DNA of 21,025 nucleotides from a virus (Duplodnaviria; Heunggongvirae; Uroviricota; Caudoviricetes): IMG/VR virus record IMGVR_UViG_2534681835_000014, positions 1 to 21,025 of that record; one strand, 5' to 3'. Shown piece by piece: positions 1 to 8,405 of this stretch (position 1 is its first letter; each line of letters starts with the position of its first letter). The notes under the pieces were generated by a model. It saw only the letters and a program-made list of their open reading frames with translations, ran no database searches and was not told where the DNA came from. The position numbers and the translations under genes were made by a program.

Positions 1-1
1 C

Positions 2-322
2 TACATCCAGACAGATGCAAAAGACCTGAATGTGATGTACCACAATGCGAAAGTGGCGACAAACAACCTGAAACTGGGAACCTTTGGCGCATTTGATAAC
101 GAATGGCATACGCTGGCTTTCCGCTTTGCCGGGAATAACAGCCTTCAGGTGACGCCGGTTATTGATGGTCAGGATGGTACACCGTTCACGCTGACGCAGT
201 CACCGGTCAGTGCCTTTGCGGCGGATAAACTGCATGTGACAGACATTACCAGAGGTGCGACTTACCCGGTACTGATAGACAGCATTGCGGTGGAAGTGAA
301 CAGCACAGACACTGCGGCATGA
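2..322 (+). CDS. 3' end of an upstream gene (C-terminal ~106 codons, unknown function)
   Basis: Reading frame is open from the window edge to TGA at 320-322. Translation is Thr/Val/Ala-rich and looks beta-rich. Function not recognisable; not called tail fibre. Confidence 0.45.
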   Translation, partial: YIQTDAKDLNVMYHNAKVATNNLKLGTFGAFDNEWHTLAFRFAGNNSLQVTPVIDGQDGTPFTLTQSPVSAFAADKLHVTDITRGATYPVLIDSIAVEVNSTDTAA

Positions 323-323
323 T

Positions 324-360
324 AAAAAAAACCGCCAGCGACAGGAATGGACGCTGGCGG
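324..360 (-). terminator. intrinsic terminator-like hairpin with the T-tract on the minus strand
   Basis: Stem CCGCCAGCG (332-340) pairs with CGCTGGCGG (352-360) around an 11-nt loop. A8 run at 324-331 gives a U8 tract only for leftward transcription; no U-tract on the plus side. Confidence 0.45.
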
Positions 361-459
361 TGGTAATACCTATGGAGAAAAAATAAAGGAACGATACTTT
401 CGTGCTCTGGTTTTTTAAATGAAAACAGTTCTTATTGTCAACAATAACGGAAAGAAATT

Positions 460-639
460 ATGACATTTCTGAACCAGTTAATGCTGTACTTCTGTACGGT
501 GGTCTGTGTGCTGTATCTCCTTTCGGGTGGGTACAGGGCCATGCGTGACTTCTGGCGCAGACAGATTGACAAAAGGGCCGCTGAGAAAATCAGCGCCAGT
601 CAGTCAGCCGGAAGCAAACCCGAAGAGCCGCTCATTTAG
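460..639 (+). CDS. small hydrophobic protein (59 aa), unknown function
   Basis: Hand-translated ATG 460 to TAG 637-639: MTFLNQLMLYFCTVVCVLYLLSGGYRAMRDFWRRQIDKRAAEKISASQSAGSKPEEPLI. One hydrophobic helix followed by a basic tail. Below the ORF-track size cutoff. Weak RBS. Confidence 0.35.
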   Translation: MTFLNQLMLYFCTVVCVLYLLSGGYRAMRDFWRRQIDKRAAEKISASQSAGSKPEEPLI

Positions 640-679
640 CGGCAACTTTCTTAATCACACCTTTCGACGAGAAAATCCC

Positions 680-925
680 ATGTCAGAAATTACATCCCTG
701 GTCACTGCTGAAGCAGTGAAGGAAGTCCTGCGCTCTGAAGAAGTCCGGAGCGCACTGAAACAGAAACTCCGCCAGAATCTTGAGTCGCGTCTTGATGCAG
801 AAGTGGATGCTATTCTGGATGAACTGCTGGGCGCACCGGCAGTTCCTGAGCCGGAAGGTATCGCGGGTGAGGGGAGTGCTTCAGATGGCGGTGAACCCAC
901 ACCTGACAGCGACATGATGATGTAA
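680..925 (+). CDS. small acidic protein (81 aa), unknown function
   Basis: Internal ATG at 680 of track ORF 506-925 ([17 protein letters not shown]...). The N-terminal extension in the track looks non-coding. The overlapping minus ORF 655-915 is Ser/Arg-rich and looks like an antisense shadow. Confidence 0.45.
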   Translation: MSEITSLVTAEAVKEVLRSEEVRSALKQKLRQNLESRLDAEVDAILDELLGAPAVPEPEGIAGEGSASDGGEPTPDSDMMM

Positions 926-1001
926 GCATGCGCAAGGGACCATCGGTGTGTGCCGGTGGTCTTTATATTGTTGTGAGCTTCCGGATTGCGGGAGACGGGG
1001 T

Positions 1002-1217
1002 ATGTACCAGATGGAAAAAATCACAACAGGTGTGTCATACACCACGTCAGCGGTGGGAACGGGCTACTGGTTCCTGCAGTTGCTGGACAGGGTTTCCCCG
1101 TCTCAGTGGGCGGCAATAGGCGTGCTGGGGAGTCTGCTGTTTGGTCTGTTGACGTACCTGACGAACCTGTATTTCAAAATCAGAGAGGACCGTCGTAAGG
1201 CGGCACGGGGAGAGTAG
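1002..1217 (+). CDS. S: class II holin (phage 21 S-type pinholin), 71 aa, dual-start motif
   Basis: Translation [71 protein letters not shown] closely matches my recollection of phage 21 S, including the C-terminal [13 protein letters not shown]. Two in-frame ATGs at 1002 and 1011. GGAG 7 nt upstream. Confidence 0.85.
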   Translation: MYQMEKITTGVSYTTSAVGTGYWFLQLLDRVSPSQWAAIGVLGSLLFGLLTYLTNLYFKIREDRRKAARGE

Positions 1218-1874
1218 GTGATGAACCATGAAGAAATGAATCAGCGCTTCAGTCGTCTGGAAAATGAAATTGCTGAACTGAATAAAAAACTGTCGGCGCT
1301 GATGCCTTCTGAAGATGCAAAAAAACGCCGCGATGAGCAGTTTGCGGCGTTTTACGATGATTGCATCAAAATTGCTCGCAGGACCTTTGCGAATATTTTG
1401 CAGGAAAAGTTTTTACCGACCGCATTGTCAGAAAAGTACTCCATTACGGTTAAAAGTGCCGGAGAGGAAGGCAATAAACGTTATTTTATTGCGTCTGCAC
1501 CGGATAAAGACCAGGAATGGGAGTGTAATCGGCCATCTTTTATTGTGACCAGCGATGACTGGAATATCACGATCAGTGAAGATGGAAAAGTAACACCAGC
1601 ATCGCACCAGCACAGTGAGGCGCTCATTGAATTTGCCATTGATTACCTGAAGAACAATAAAAAGCAGGGGCTGATGAAGCGCATTGGTCGCTGCATGGGA
1701 TATCTGCAGCTGGCGGCAGAGGTTGAAGCACTTGCCTGTGGTGCTGACAAGGATGCAGTTGTGCGGGAGGCTCTTCTTCGTGAGTTTGACAACCCGCCCT
1801 TTAAAAAAGTGCCGGCTTACTGGTTTCATCCCGGACTGACTTATCTGAAAGGGCGGTTTGGGGCGGTTATCTGA
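1218..1874 (+). CDS. hypothetical protein (218 aa) inserted between holin and endolysin; N-terminal coiled-coil-like segment
   Basis: Clean ORF starting GTG/ATG 1218/1221 right after the holin stop. AT-rich relative to the flanking lysis genes. No recognisable motif. Confidence 0.55.
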   Translation: MMNHEEMNQRFSRLENEIAELNKKLSALMPSEDAKKRRDEQFAAFYDDCIKIARRTFANILQEKFLPTALSEKYSITVKSAGEEGNKRYFIASAPDKDQEWECNRPSFIVTSDDWNITISEDGKVTPASHQHSEALIEFAIDYLKNNKKQGLMKRIGRCMGYLQLAAEVEALACGADKDAVVREALLREFDNPPFKKVPAYWFHPGLTYLKGRFGAVI

Positions 1875-2187
1875 ACTTAAGCGATAGTTTATTGAAGAGC
1901 CGTTTTTTTTGCAGACAGGCAAAGTTTTTATCCCATGAACAACCCGGGTGACTGAGTTCGTCATTAAACCATTTGTTAATGTTGTGCTTCAGATGCTGAA
2001 GCATCAATGGTGTTAATGTGGTGATAATGATATCCAGTGTTTCTGTTGAAAGCATGCCGTAAGGCTCTGCGAGAATGGCTTGAGTGGCCTCGCTGTTATC
2101 CGGGATAAGCGCTTTTAATTCTGATTTAACATTTTCGTTCATTACCCGCAAAAACTCTCTGCGTAAATTGTTGTCATTATTATTCAT
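1867..2187 (-). CDS. hypothetical protein (106 aa), convergent with 1218-1874
   Basis: Minus-strand ORF in the same AT-rich block. Its 3' end overlaps the 3' end of the plus ORF by 8 bp. Weak RBS; the start could be further downstream. Confidence 0.4.
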   Translation of the reverse strand: MNNNDNNLRREFLRVMNENVKSELKALIPDNSEATQAILAEPYGMLSTETLDIIITTLTPLMLQHLKHNINKWFNDELSHPGCSWDKNFACLQKKRLFNKLSLKFR

Positions 2188-2312
2188 TTATACAATCTCA
2201 TTTGTTGTTACCGGGTGTGTCCTGGTGCCTGTTGATTATATTCGTCGTGAGTACCGGATTATATATCTGACATATCCAGGAATAAGAGAGCTATAAATCC
2301 TGATAAATATCC

Positions 2313-2846
2313 ATGAACGCAAAAATCAAATACGGCCTGTCAGCTGCCGTTCTGGCGCTGATTGCCGCAGGGGCTTCTGCGCCTGAAATCCTCGACCAGT
2401 TTCTGGATGAAAAGGAAGGCAACCACACCACGGCATACCGTGATGGTGCAGGTATCTGGACCATCTGCCGTGGTGCCATCATGGTGGATGGCAAACCTGT
2501 CGTTCCGGGCATGAAGTTGTCGAAGGGAAAATGCGACCGGGTTAACGCCATTGAGCGTGATAAGGCGCTGGCGTGGGTGGAGAAAAACATCAGAGTGCCG
2601 CTGACCGAACCCCAGAAAGCGGGGATCGCGTCATTCTGTCCGTACAACATTGGTCCCGGTAAGTGTTTCCCGTCGACGTTTTATAAACGAATTAATGCAG
2701 GTGATCGCAGGGGAGCGTGTGAGGCGATTCGCTGGTGGATTAAGGACGGTGGGCGTGATTGCCGCACACGTTCAAATAACTGCTACGGACAGGTTATTCG
2801 TCGTGACCAGGAAAGCGCATTAGCTTGTTGGGGGATAGATCAGTGA
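2313..2846 (+). CDS. R: SAR endolysin (T4-lysozyme-family muramidase with signal-anchor-release N-terminus)
   Basis: 177 aa. N-terminal Gly/Ala-rich weakly hydrophobic segment [15 protein letters not shown], then a lysozyme catalytic region [18 protein letters not shown] (E...D...T). Position after a pinholin and before Rz. Confidence 0.9.
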   Translation: MNAKIKYGLSAAVLALIAAGASAPEILDQFLDEKEGNHTTAYRDGAGIWTICRGAIMVDGKPVVPGMKLSKGKCDRVNAIERDKALAWVEKNIRVPLTEPQKAGIASFCPYNIGPGKCFPSTFYKRINAGDRRGACEAIRWWIKDGGRDCRTRSNNCYGQVIRRDQESALACWGIDQ

Positions 2847-3310
2847 GAAGAGTAACCGCGATTATTTACGCTCTGGTTATCTGCATCATCGTCTGTCTGT
2901 TATGGGCTGTTAATCATTACCGTGATAACGCCATAACCTACAAAGAGCAGCGCGATAAAAAAGTCAGTGAGCTGGAGCAGGCAAATGCAACCATTACTGA
3001 TATGCAGCAGCGCCAGCGTGATGTTGCTGCACTTGATGCCAGATACTCGAGGGAATTAGCCGATGCGAGAGCTGAAAATGAAACTCTGCGCGCTGATGTT
3101 GCCGCTGGTCGTAAGCGCCTGCGCATCAACGCCAACTGTCCCGGTACCGTGCGTGAAGCCACCGGCACCTCCGGCGTGGATAATGCAACCGGCCCCCGAC
3201 TGGCAGACACCGCTGAACGGGATTATTTCATCCTCAGAGAACGGTTGATGATGATGCAGAAGCAGCTGGAAGGGGCGCAGGAATATATCCGCACTCAGTG
3301 TATTAACTAG
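2843..3310 (+). CDS. Rz: Rz i-spanin
   Basis: GTG at 2843 overlaps the endolysin stop. Translation (M)[38 protein letters not shown]... is near-identical in pattern to lambda Rz as I recall it. Confidence 0.85.
   Translation: MRRVTAIIYALVICIIVCLLWAVNHYRDNAITYKEQRDKKVSELEQANATITDMQQRQRDVAALDARYSRELADARAENETLRADVAAGRKRLRINANCPGTVREATGTSGVDNATGPRLADTAERDYFILRERLMMMQKQLEGAQEYIRTQCIN
3063..3248 (+). CDS. Rz1: Rz1 o-spanin lipoprotein, embedded in Rz in the +1 frame
   Basis: [26 protein letters not shown]...[24 protein letters not shown]. Lipobox LVVSAC, proline-rich. Entirely inside Rz, the classic Rz/Rz1 arrangement. Confidence 0.85.
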   Translation: MRELKMKLCALMLPLVVSACASTPTVPVPCVKPPAPPAWIMQPAPDWQTPLNGIISSSENG

Positions 3311-3333
3311 TATTTTTGTTATCCGGAGAATGC

Positions 3334-3558
3334 ATGAAGAAATTACTGGTAACCGTAAAGCCTTTTCAGGGAACAATTCCGTTCCGTATTTTGCAGCGTG
3401 GTCGTGTTCTTGTTGAAGGTTCGTTCAGTGGTAAATGTACGCAATTACACTCCCGGACCTTTCAGGTGAATGCCACGAATGAAGAGCTAACCGTTGAGTG
3501 TACGATGAATGCCGCTAAATGCCGCATGGTATCCGCTGCATTACAGCCAGTGTGTTGA
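3334..3558 (+). CDS. small hypothetical protein (74 aa) downstream of Rz
   Basis: ATG 3334 with GGAG 5 nt upstream; MKKLLVTVKPFQGTIPF... Occupies the position where lambdoid phages carry small morons after Rz. Confidence 0.4.
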   Translation: MKKLLVTVKPFQGTIPFRILQRGRVLVEGSFSGKCTQLHSRTFQVNATNEELTVECTMNAAKCRMVSAALQPVC

Positions 3559-3780
3559 GCGACCTTATTATCCATGCGCGGTATTGTCGCCGTATTCCCG
3601 TATTAACAGAGACCGCAGCCCGACAGGGAGACTCCTCTGCGCGAGTGTGCGGGGATAATCAAAAACGATACACACCGGGGTTTACCGCGTTAACGGAGCG
3701 CGGCGTTGTCCCCTCATAGTCGCTGGTCCGGTGCGATGCTGGAAGAAACCGGACTACATTACAAATGATAACCATTATCA

Positions 3781-3951
3781 TTTTTCGGGTCCTCCTGGTG
3801 TGGTGGGCCTGAACACGGGGCGGGCGGCGCGGAAAAAGGCGCATTTTTTGATTTTTATGGCACCATCACCACCAGTGTAAGTTGTTGATATATAGAAAAA
3901 TAAAAATTTTTAGTGTCGAATCTGGTTGTTTTTTGTTCATCACTGGTGTGT
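3781..3951. repeat. cos-like site copy 1 (helper prophage), about 150 bp upstream of the small terminase
   Basis: Contains CGGGTCCTCCTGGTG...ACGGGGCGGGCGGCGCGG, which resembles the cosQ-cosN segment at the right end of lambda as I recall it. Lies between lysis genes and terS, where cos sits in lambda-like genomes. Same block recurs at 12277 and 14814. Confidence 0.6.
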
Positions 3952-3976
3952 GTTTACATAATTTTCAGGGGGAGTT

Positions 3977-4453
3977 ATGGATCGTGAATTAAAAAATCTG
4001 CATCTGAATATTTCCCAACTGGCCGCATTATCCGGTGCTCATCGACAGACTGTTGCGGCTCGGGTAAAAAACATAAGCCCAGCCGGTGGTCATGAGAGCA
4101 ATCTCAAACTGTACCGACTGACAGATATCCTTGCCGAGCTGATGAAAGCTCCTCTGCCTGTAGATAACGAGGAAATGGATCCTCATGCGCGTAAAGCATG
4201 GTACCAGTCAGAACGTGACCGACTGAAATTTGAGCAGGAAACTGGTCAGCTTGTGCCAGTCAGTGATGTCAGGCGGTCCTTTTCTGTCGTGGTGAAAGCG
4301 ATAGTTCAGGTACTGGAAACCTGGCCTGACCGGCTGGAGAGGGACAGGGGGTGGACCGCATCACAACTGAATGAAGTACAGATTGTGGTTGATGAGATCC
4401 GCGACACACTGGAAAAGGCAGTCATTGACTGTTGTGATGAGGCCGATATGTGA
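3977..4453 (+). CDS. terminase small subunit (Nu1-like, N-terminal HTH)
   Basis: 158 aa. N-terminal LNISQLAALSGAHRQTVAARVK looks like an HTH. Strong RBS GGGGGAG. Stop overlaps the GTG start of the large terminase. Confidence 0.75.
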   Translation: MDRELKNLHLNISQLAALSGAHRQTVAARVKNISPAGGHESNLKLYRLTDILAELMKAPLPVDNEEMDPHARKAWYQSERDRLKFEQETGQLVPVSDVRRSFSVVVKAIVQVLETWPDRLERDRGWTASQLNEVQIVVDEIRDTLEKAVIDCCDEADM

Positions 4454-5520
4454 ATCAGGTGAACGAGAGCCATAGCCGCGCATCCGATATCTGGCGCGAA
4501 GTGGCCTCGCTGTTTCGCCCACCCAGCCGGTTACCAGTAGCGGAAGCCATCAGGCGTTATATGCGGGTTCCACGGGGAGCCAATACTTCCGGTCCGTGGG
4601 AGTCATCGCTGACGCCCTATATGATTGACCCCATTAATACATTATCAGCCCGTGAATATGACGCGGTGGTGTTTGTGGGACCTGCGCGAACCGGGAAAAC
4701 CGAAGGGCTGATTGATGGCTGGATTGTGTACGGCATCATCTGTGATCCGGCGGATATGCTGGTGGTGCAGATGACTGAGACGAAGGCGCGTGAGCATTCC
4801 AGAACGCGTCTTTCCAGGACGTTTCGCCACAGTCCGGAGGTCAGCAAGCGCCTCAGTCCTTCCCGTAATGACAACAACGTCCACGATAAAATGTTTCTTG
4901 ACGGCTCCTTCCTGAAGATTGGCTGGCCGTCGATCACCGTCTTTTCCTCTTCGGATTACCGTCGTGTGGCGCTGACGGATTATGACCGTTTCCCTGAAAA
5001 CGTGGACGGGGAAGGGGATGCCTTCACGCTGGCCTCAAAGCGTACCACCACCTTTATGTCCTCGGGGATGACCCTGGTCGAGAGTTCACCGGGGCGGGAT
5101 ATCACCGATACCAAATGGCGTTGTGGTGGCGCACATGAGGCACCGCCAACAACGGGGATCCTGTCACTGTATAACCGGGGAGACCGCCGCCGGTGGTACT
5201 GGCCGTGTCCGCACTGCGGGGAATATTTTCAGCCGGTGATGGATAACATGACCGGATACCGGAATAACCCGGATTTTGTGGCTGCCAGTCAGGCTGCCCG
5301 TCTGATGTGTCCGCATTGTCGCGGGCTGATCGCCCCTGAGCAGAAACGCGAACTGAATAACCAGGGGATCTGGCTTCGTGAAGGTGAACGGGCGGCGGCG
5401 GACGGCAGTATCACCGGAACGCCACGAAACTCCCGGATTGCGTCATTTTGGATGGAGGGTACATTTCTTACCTGTTTGTATGTTCTGGTGTCGATTCATA
5501 GTCTTTTCAATGAGTTGTGA
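4450..5520 (+). CDS. terminase large subunit, N-terminal (ATPase) part; gene interrupted after codon 337 by the integrated element
   Basis: Walker A VVFVGPARTGKTEG. Lambda gpA-like features including the Cys pair CPHCGEYF. Homology ends at ...IASFWMEG (5459); the last 19 codons run into insert sequence up to the stop at 5520. Confidence 0.85.
   Translation: MNQVNESHSRASDIWREVASLFRPPSRLPVAEAIRRYMRVPRGANTSGPWESSLTPYMIDPINTLSAREYDAVVFVGPARTGKTEGLIDGWIVYGIICDPADMLVVQMTETKAREHSRTRLSRTFRHSPEVSKRLSPSRNDNNVHDKMFLDGSFLKIGWPSITVFSSSDYRRVALTDYDRFPENVDGEGDAFTLASKRTTTFMSSGMTLVESSPGRDITDTKWRCGGAHEAPPTTGILSLYNRGDRRRWYWPCPHCGEYFQPVMDNMTGYRNNPDFVAASQAARLMCPHCRGLIAPEQKRELNNQGIWLREGERAAADGSITGTPRNSRIASFWMEGTFLTCLYVLVSIHSLFNEL
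5448..5459. repeat. left att core (direct repeat TTGGATGGAGGG)
   Basis: Exact 12-bp match to 15695-15706. Sits at the point where terminase homology breaks. Confidence 0.7.
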
Positions 5521-5618
5521 TTTTATGAGTTTCCTCTCTTTGCTTGATAATGAGTTAGTTTATCGCTTGTTATTGGCTTGAATGGACTACATGACGGACT
5601 AAAAAATGAGGGCGATAG

Positions 5619-6856
5619 ATGTCGGTAAAGCCATTAACCGTGACTGAAGTTAAGGGGATGAAACCACGTGAAAAGGACTATGCCGTTTATGATGGGTTCG
5701 GTTTATTGCTGAATGTGAGTAAAGCCGGTGGGAAAGTGTGGCGTTTCCGTTATAGCCATCCGATAACGAAGAAACGGCAGACATACACGATAGGACGTTT
5801 TCCTGAATTCTCACTCGCGGAAGCACGGGAAGTACGTGATGAACTTCGGCGAATGATTGCACGTGGAGTTGATCCAGTGACGGAGAAGAAAAATCGTAAA
5901 ATTGAGATGTCACTAAAAAATCTACAGACATTTGAAGCTGTTGCTAATGCATGGTTCGCTTTTAAAAAGGGATCTGAATTGCGGAAACCTACGCTGTATA
6001 ATATCGAATATGAAGTATACAAATATCTTGTTCCTTTCTTTGGTAAGTACAGTATAGAAAAAATTACAGCACCAGTAGCTATTAATGCTCTGGATGCCGT
6101 ATCCGATAAGAATGCGTTGCAAAAAAATTAATATCAAGATTAAATGAAATTATGAATTATGCTGTAAATTGTGGAGCATTGAAAGCAAATCCATTACTTA
6201 AGATAAAGACTGCATTCACAGGAAAGAAAAATAAATCATTAGCAGCACTACCTGTTGAAAGATTGCCTGAATTTCTGAGCTGGTGGGATAGTGTGCCTCA
6301 TACCTATCAAATAGCTCATAATGCACTTTTATTCCAGATATTGACAATGGTCAGGCCAGGTGAGGCGATTAAAGCAGAGTGGTCAGAGATTGATTTTGAT
6401 TCTGGCTTGTGGATTATCCCCGCGCATAAAATGAAATGCCATCGTGAACATGTTGTTCCCTTGTCATCACAGGCTATTAGTATCCTCAGAACAATGCAGG
6501 AAATAAAAAGAGGGCGTTATGTGTTTTTTTCCTCCAGAACAAAAGATGCGCCTATGGGGAGGAATACTATCAAGACCCCAATTGCTGCCAGTAAGTTCAA
6601 AGGGATTGTAACGTTACATGGTTTTCGTTCAATGTGGAGTACGCTTTTAAATGAGGAGGGATTTAACCCCGATGTAATCGAGGCTGCATTGGCGCATAAA
6701 AGTGGTGATAAAATAAGAGATATTTATAATAGAACTATTTATCTAGAACAGCGTAAGATCATGATGCAATGGGTCGGTGATTTTTTTGATGATGCGAGAA
6801 AAGGGGTAATTAATAGATCCGGTGGTATGAAAGGTTTAAGAGTAGTAAATGGTTGA
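5619..6856 (+). CDS. int: tyrosine integrase (P4-like, arm-binding N-terminus), interrupted by a 1-nt frameshift in an A7 run at 6121-6127
   Basis: Track ORFs 5619-6131 and 6152-6856 are one gene in two frames. The C-terminal part has HGFRSMWST and LAHKSGDKIRDIYNR, the His/Arg/Tyr recombinase motifs. One extra A in the run restores ...NALQKKLISRLNEIMNYAVNCG. Confidence 0.8.
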
Positions 6857-6869
6857 GGAGGTTCAGCAA

Positions 6870-7073
6870 ATGAATACCAATGAAGATATTTTATTTACTA
6901 AAGACGTAATGAAAATCTTGCGATATGGAGCAATGAGTGCATTCATCAATTTCTGGAAAGATGAGAATAATGGTTTTCCTCAGCCGTTCAGAATTGGACG
7001 ACGACATACCTGGCACCGTAGAGATGTAGAAGCATGGTTAGATAAACAACGAGAACAAGCCAATCCCCACTAA
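6870..7073 (+). CDS. alpA: AlpA-family excisionase/transcriptional regulator
   Basis: 67 aa from ATG 6870, with GAGGAGG 8 nt upstream. Immediately follows int. The central segment through ...HRRDVEAWL matches the AlpA-type pattern as I recall it. Confidence 0.7.
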   Translation: MNTNEDILFTKDVMKILRYGAMSAFINFWKDENNGFPQPFRIGRRHTWHRRDVEAWLDKQREQANPH

Positions 7074-7087
7074 TAATATCTTTCATA

Positions 7088-7112
7088 CCCCGCGTGCAAT
7101 GCGGGGTTTTTT
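7088..7112 (+). terminator. rho-independent terminator after alpA
   Basis: Stem CCCCGC / GCGGGG around a 7-nt loop, followed by T6. Confidence 0.7.
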
Positions 7113-7132
7113 GTATGTGAGGTAAAAAAGAA

Positions 7133-7714
7133 ATGAATAAAAATATTGCCGTGACGGGCAAGGGTGACGCACGTCATGTAAAAAAAATCTGTGATTTTCG
7201 TGATCTGGTCGTTCTGCGCTTTGATAGTGTGAACGTTCGCGTGGTGTATCTGAACGGCGATCCGTGGTTTGTTGCAAAGGATGTTTGTGTTGCTCTGGAA
7301 ATAAGTAACTCACGCGATGCTCTAAAAGCACTAGATGCGGATGAAAAGAAAACCGTCGCTTTAAGCTACGGTATTCGAGGAAATCCAAATCATAGCCTCA
7401 TTTCTGAATCCGGTTTTTACAAGCTGATCGCCAGAAGTCGGAAAGCTGTTACTCCTGGCACGTTCGCCCATCGTTTCAGTAACTGGGTATTCAGGAATGT
7501 GATACCAGGAATCAGAAAAACGGGGGCTTATGGTATCCCGTGGGGCGCATTACAGGACTTTTCTCGCTGTAAAGAGCAATATCAGTTAAGTGCCAGTCAG
7601 AAGGGGAGGGAGCTACAGGCATGTAAGCGCAAAAAGCGTGAGCTGGAGGAAGAAGAAAAAAGGCTGATACGTGAATATCAGCCTGAGTTTTACTTTGGCA
7701 ACCGCATTCAGTGA
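7133..7714 (+). CDS. Bro-N domain protein (phage antirepressor family)
   Basis: 193 aa containing the stretch WFVAKDVCVALEI...ISESGFYKLIARSRKAVTPGTFAHRFSNWVFRNVIPGIRKTGAYG, which I read as a Bro-N domain. RBS GAGGT. Confidence 0.8.
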   Translation: MNKNIAVTGKGDARHVKKICDFRDLVVLRFDSVNVRVVYLNGDPWFVAKDVCVALEISNSRDALKALDADEKKTVALSYGIRGNPNHSLISESGFYKLIARSRKAVTPGTFAHRFSNWVFRNVIPGIRKTGAYGIPWGALQDFSRCKEQYQLSASQKGRELQACKRKKRELEEEEKRLIREYQPEFYFGNRIQ

Positions 7715-7746
7715 CAAAACAAAGGCGACCCGGATCAGAGGTCGCC
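7711..7746 (-). terminator. hairpin with T-rich tract on the minus strand, downstream of the leftward repressor gene
   Basis: Stem GGCGAC (7724-7729) pairs with GTCGCC (7741-7746). The minus strand reads hairpin then TTTGTTTTG. Confidence 0.45.
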
Positions 7747-7834
7747 AATGGGAAAACACTAAACATAAGCCCAAACATCATAGCGATTTGTTGGCTGGTG
7801 GGCAATGTGATCAGTGTGCTGGCTTGCTGGTGGA

Positions 7835-8014
7835 CTATTCCGCTTCTTTGGCCTTGCGGCGCTGGCGGCGTTTGATCTCGCCTCGCATGGCTGTAACGAT
7901 AAATTGCGCAGTGCTCTCGCCTGTTTCTTTTACTTGCTCCATAGCCTCAACAACTTCATGCGGGGCGCGAGCCTGTAATTTCTGTGATTTGTTATTGATA
8001 TGGTCTCTTTCCAT
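7835..8014 (-). CDS. Arc/ribbon-helix-helix-like small repressor (59 aa)
   Basis: Hand-translated: MERDHINNKSQKLQARAPHEVVEAMEQVKETGESTAQFIVTAMRGEIKRRQRRKAKEAE. The pattern LxxRxPxEVxxxxxxVxExGxS...I follows an Arc-type RHH fold. Transcribed away from the adjacent operator cluster. Below the ORF-track cutoff. Confidence 0.55.
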   Translation of the reverse strand: MERDHINNKSQKLQARAPHEVVEAMEQVKETGESTAQFIVTAMRGEIKRRQRRKAKEAE

Positions 8015-8033
8015 TTCTGGTTCCCTTTGTGAT

Positions 8034-8115
8034 TACTGGAATCCAGTATACACGAAAAAGACCAAAACAAAACGCTTGAAGTGGATTCCACTTAGTGATT
8101 ATACTGGAATCCAGT
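8034..8115. promoter_or_regulatory. three palindromic operator-like sites in a divergent control region
   Basis: TACTGGAATCCAGTA (8034-8048), AAGTGGATTCCACTT (8079-8093), ACTGGAATCCAGT (8103-8115). Each is a perfect 6-7 bp inverted repeat around one central base; half-site consensus A(C/G)TGGA. Confidence 0.55.
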
Positions 8116-8210
8116 TGAGTGTTTATCACTCAATGCAAACGAGGCTGAAAAGGATTGCCGTCCTTTCGCAGCCTCTGACCACCAACGATAGCAACAGTAT
8201 CGAGGTAGCT

Positions 8211-8402
8211 ATGAGAAATCATACCACACACCCGCAAGGGCGGGACTTGCACAACCTGAATAAATTCACCTGGCGTTTTATCGCCCTGAGCACGGCACAA
8301 CCGCGCGTGATTACCATTGAGGCCACCAGCGAACAGGAAGCATGCCAGCAATCTCCTGATGGCTGCGTGATGGTATTCGCTGCCCGTATTCGTCAGGGGT
8401 AA
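8211..8402 (+). CDS. hypothetical protein (63 aa), first gene of the rightward operon
   Basis: ATG 8211 with GAGGT upstream. The 243-aa track ORF 7671-8402 is a read-through across the repressor gene and operators. Confidence 0.4.
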   Translation: MRNHTTHPQGRDLHNLNKFTWRFIALSTAQPRVITIEATSEQEACQQSPDGCVMVFAARIRQG

Positions 8403-8405
8403 GTC

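Noticed and set aside
2-322. Calling the upstream partial gene a tail fibre or a NanS-p-type esterase
   Set aside because: Composition and neighbourhood (just upstream of the lysis cassette) hint at a late-region accessory gene, but I recognise no diagnostic motif in the 106 visible residues.
435-463. Sigma70-like promoter (TTGTCA, 17 bp spacer, TTATGA)
   Set aside because: The -10 candidate overlaps the ATG of the 59-aa ORF and the match is weak. Late transcription here is more likely Q-dependent from upstream of the window.
5400-5700. tRNA gene as integration target near the att sites
   Set aside because: I found no cloverleaf-compatible sequence at either junction. The core lies inside the terminase coding sequence.
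7671-8402. 243-aa plus-strand ORF in the six-frame track
   Set aside because: It runs straight through the minus-strand repressor gene and the operator palindromes and has Cys/Ser-rich low-complexity translation. Only its last ~63 codons (8211-8402, with RBS) look like a real gene.
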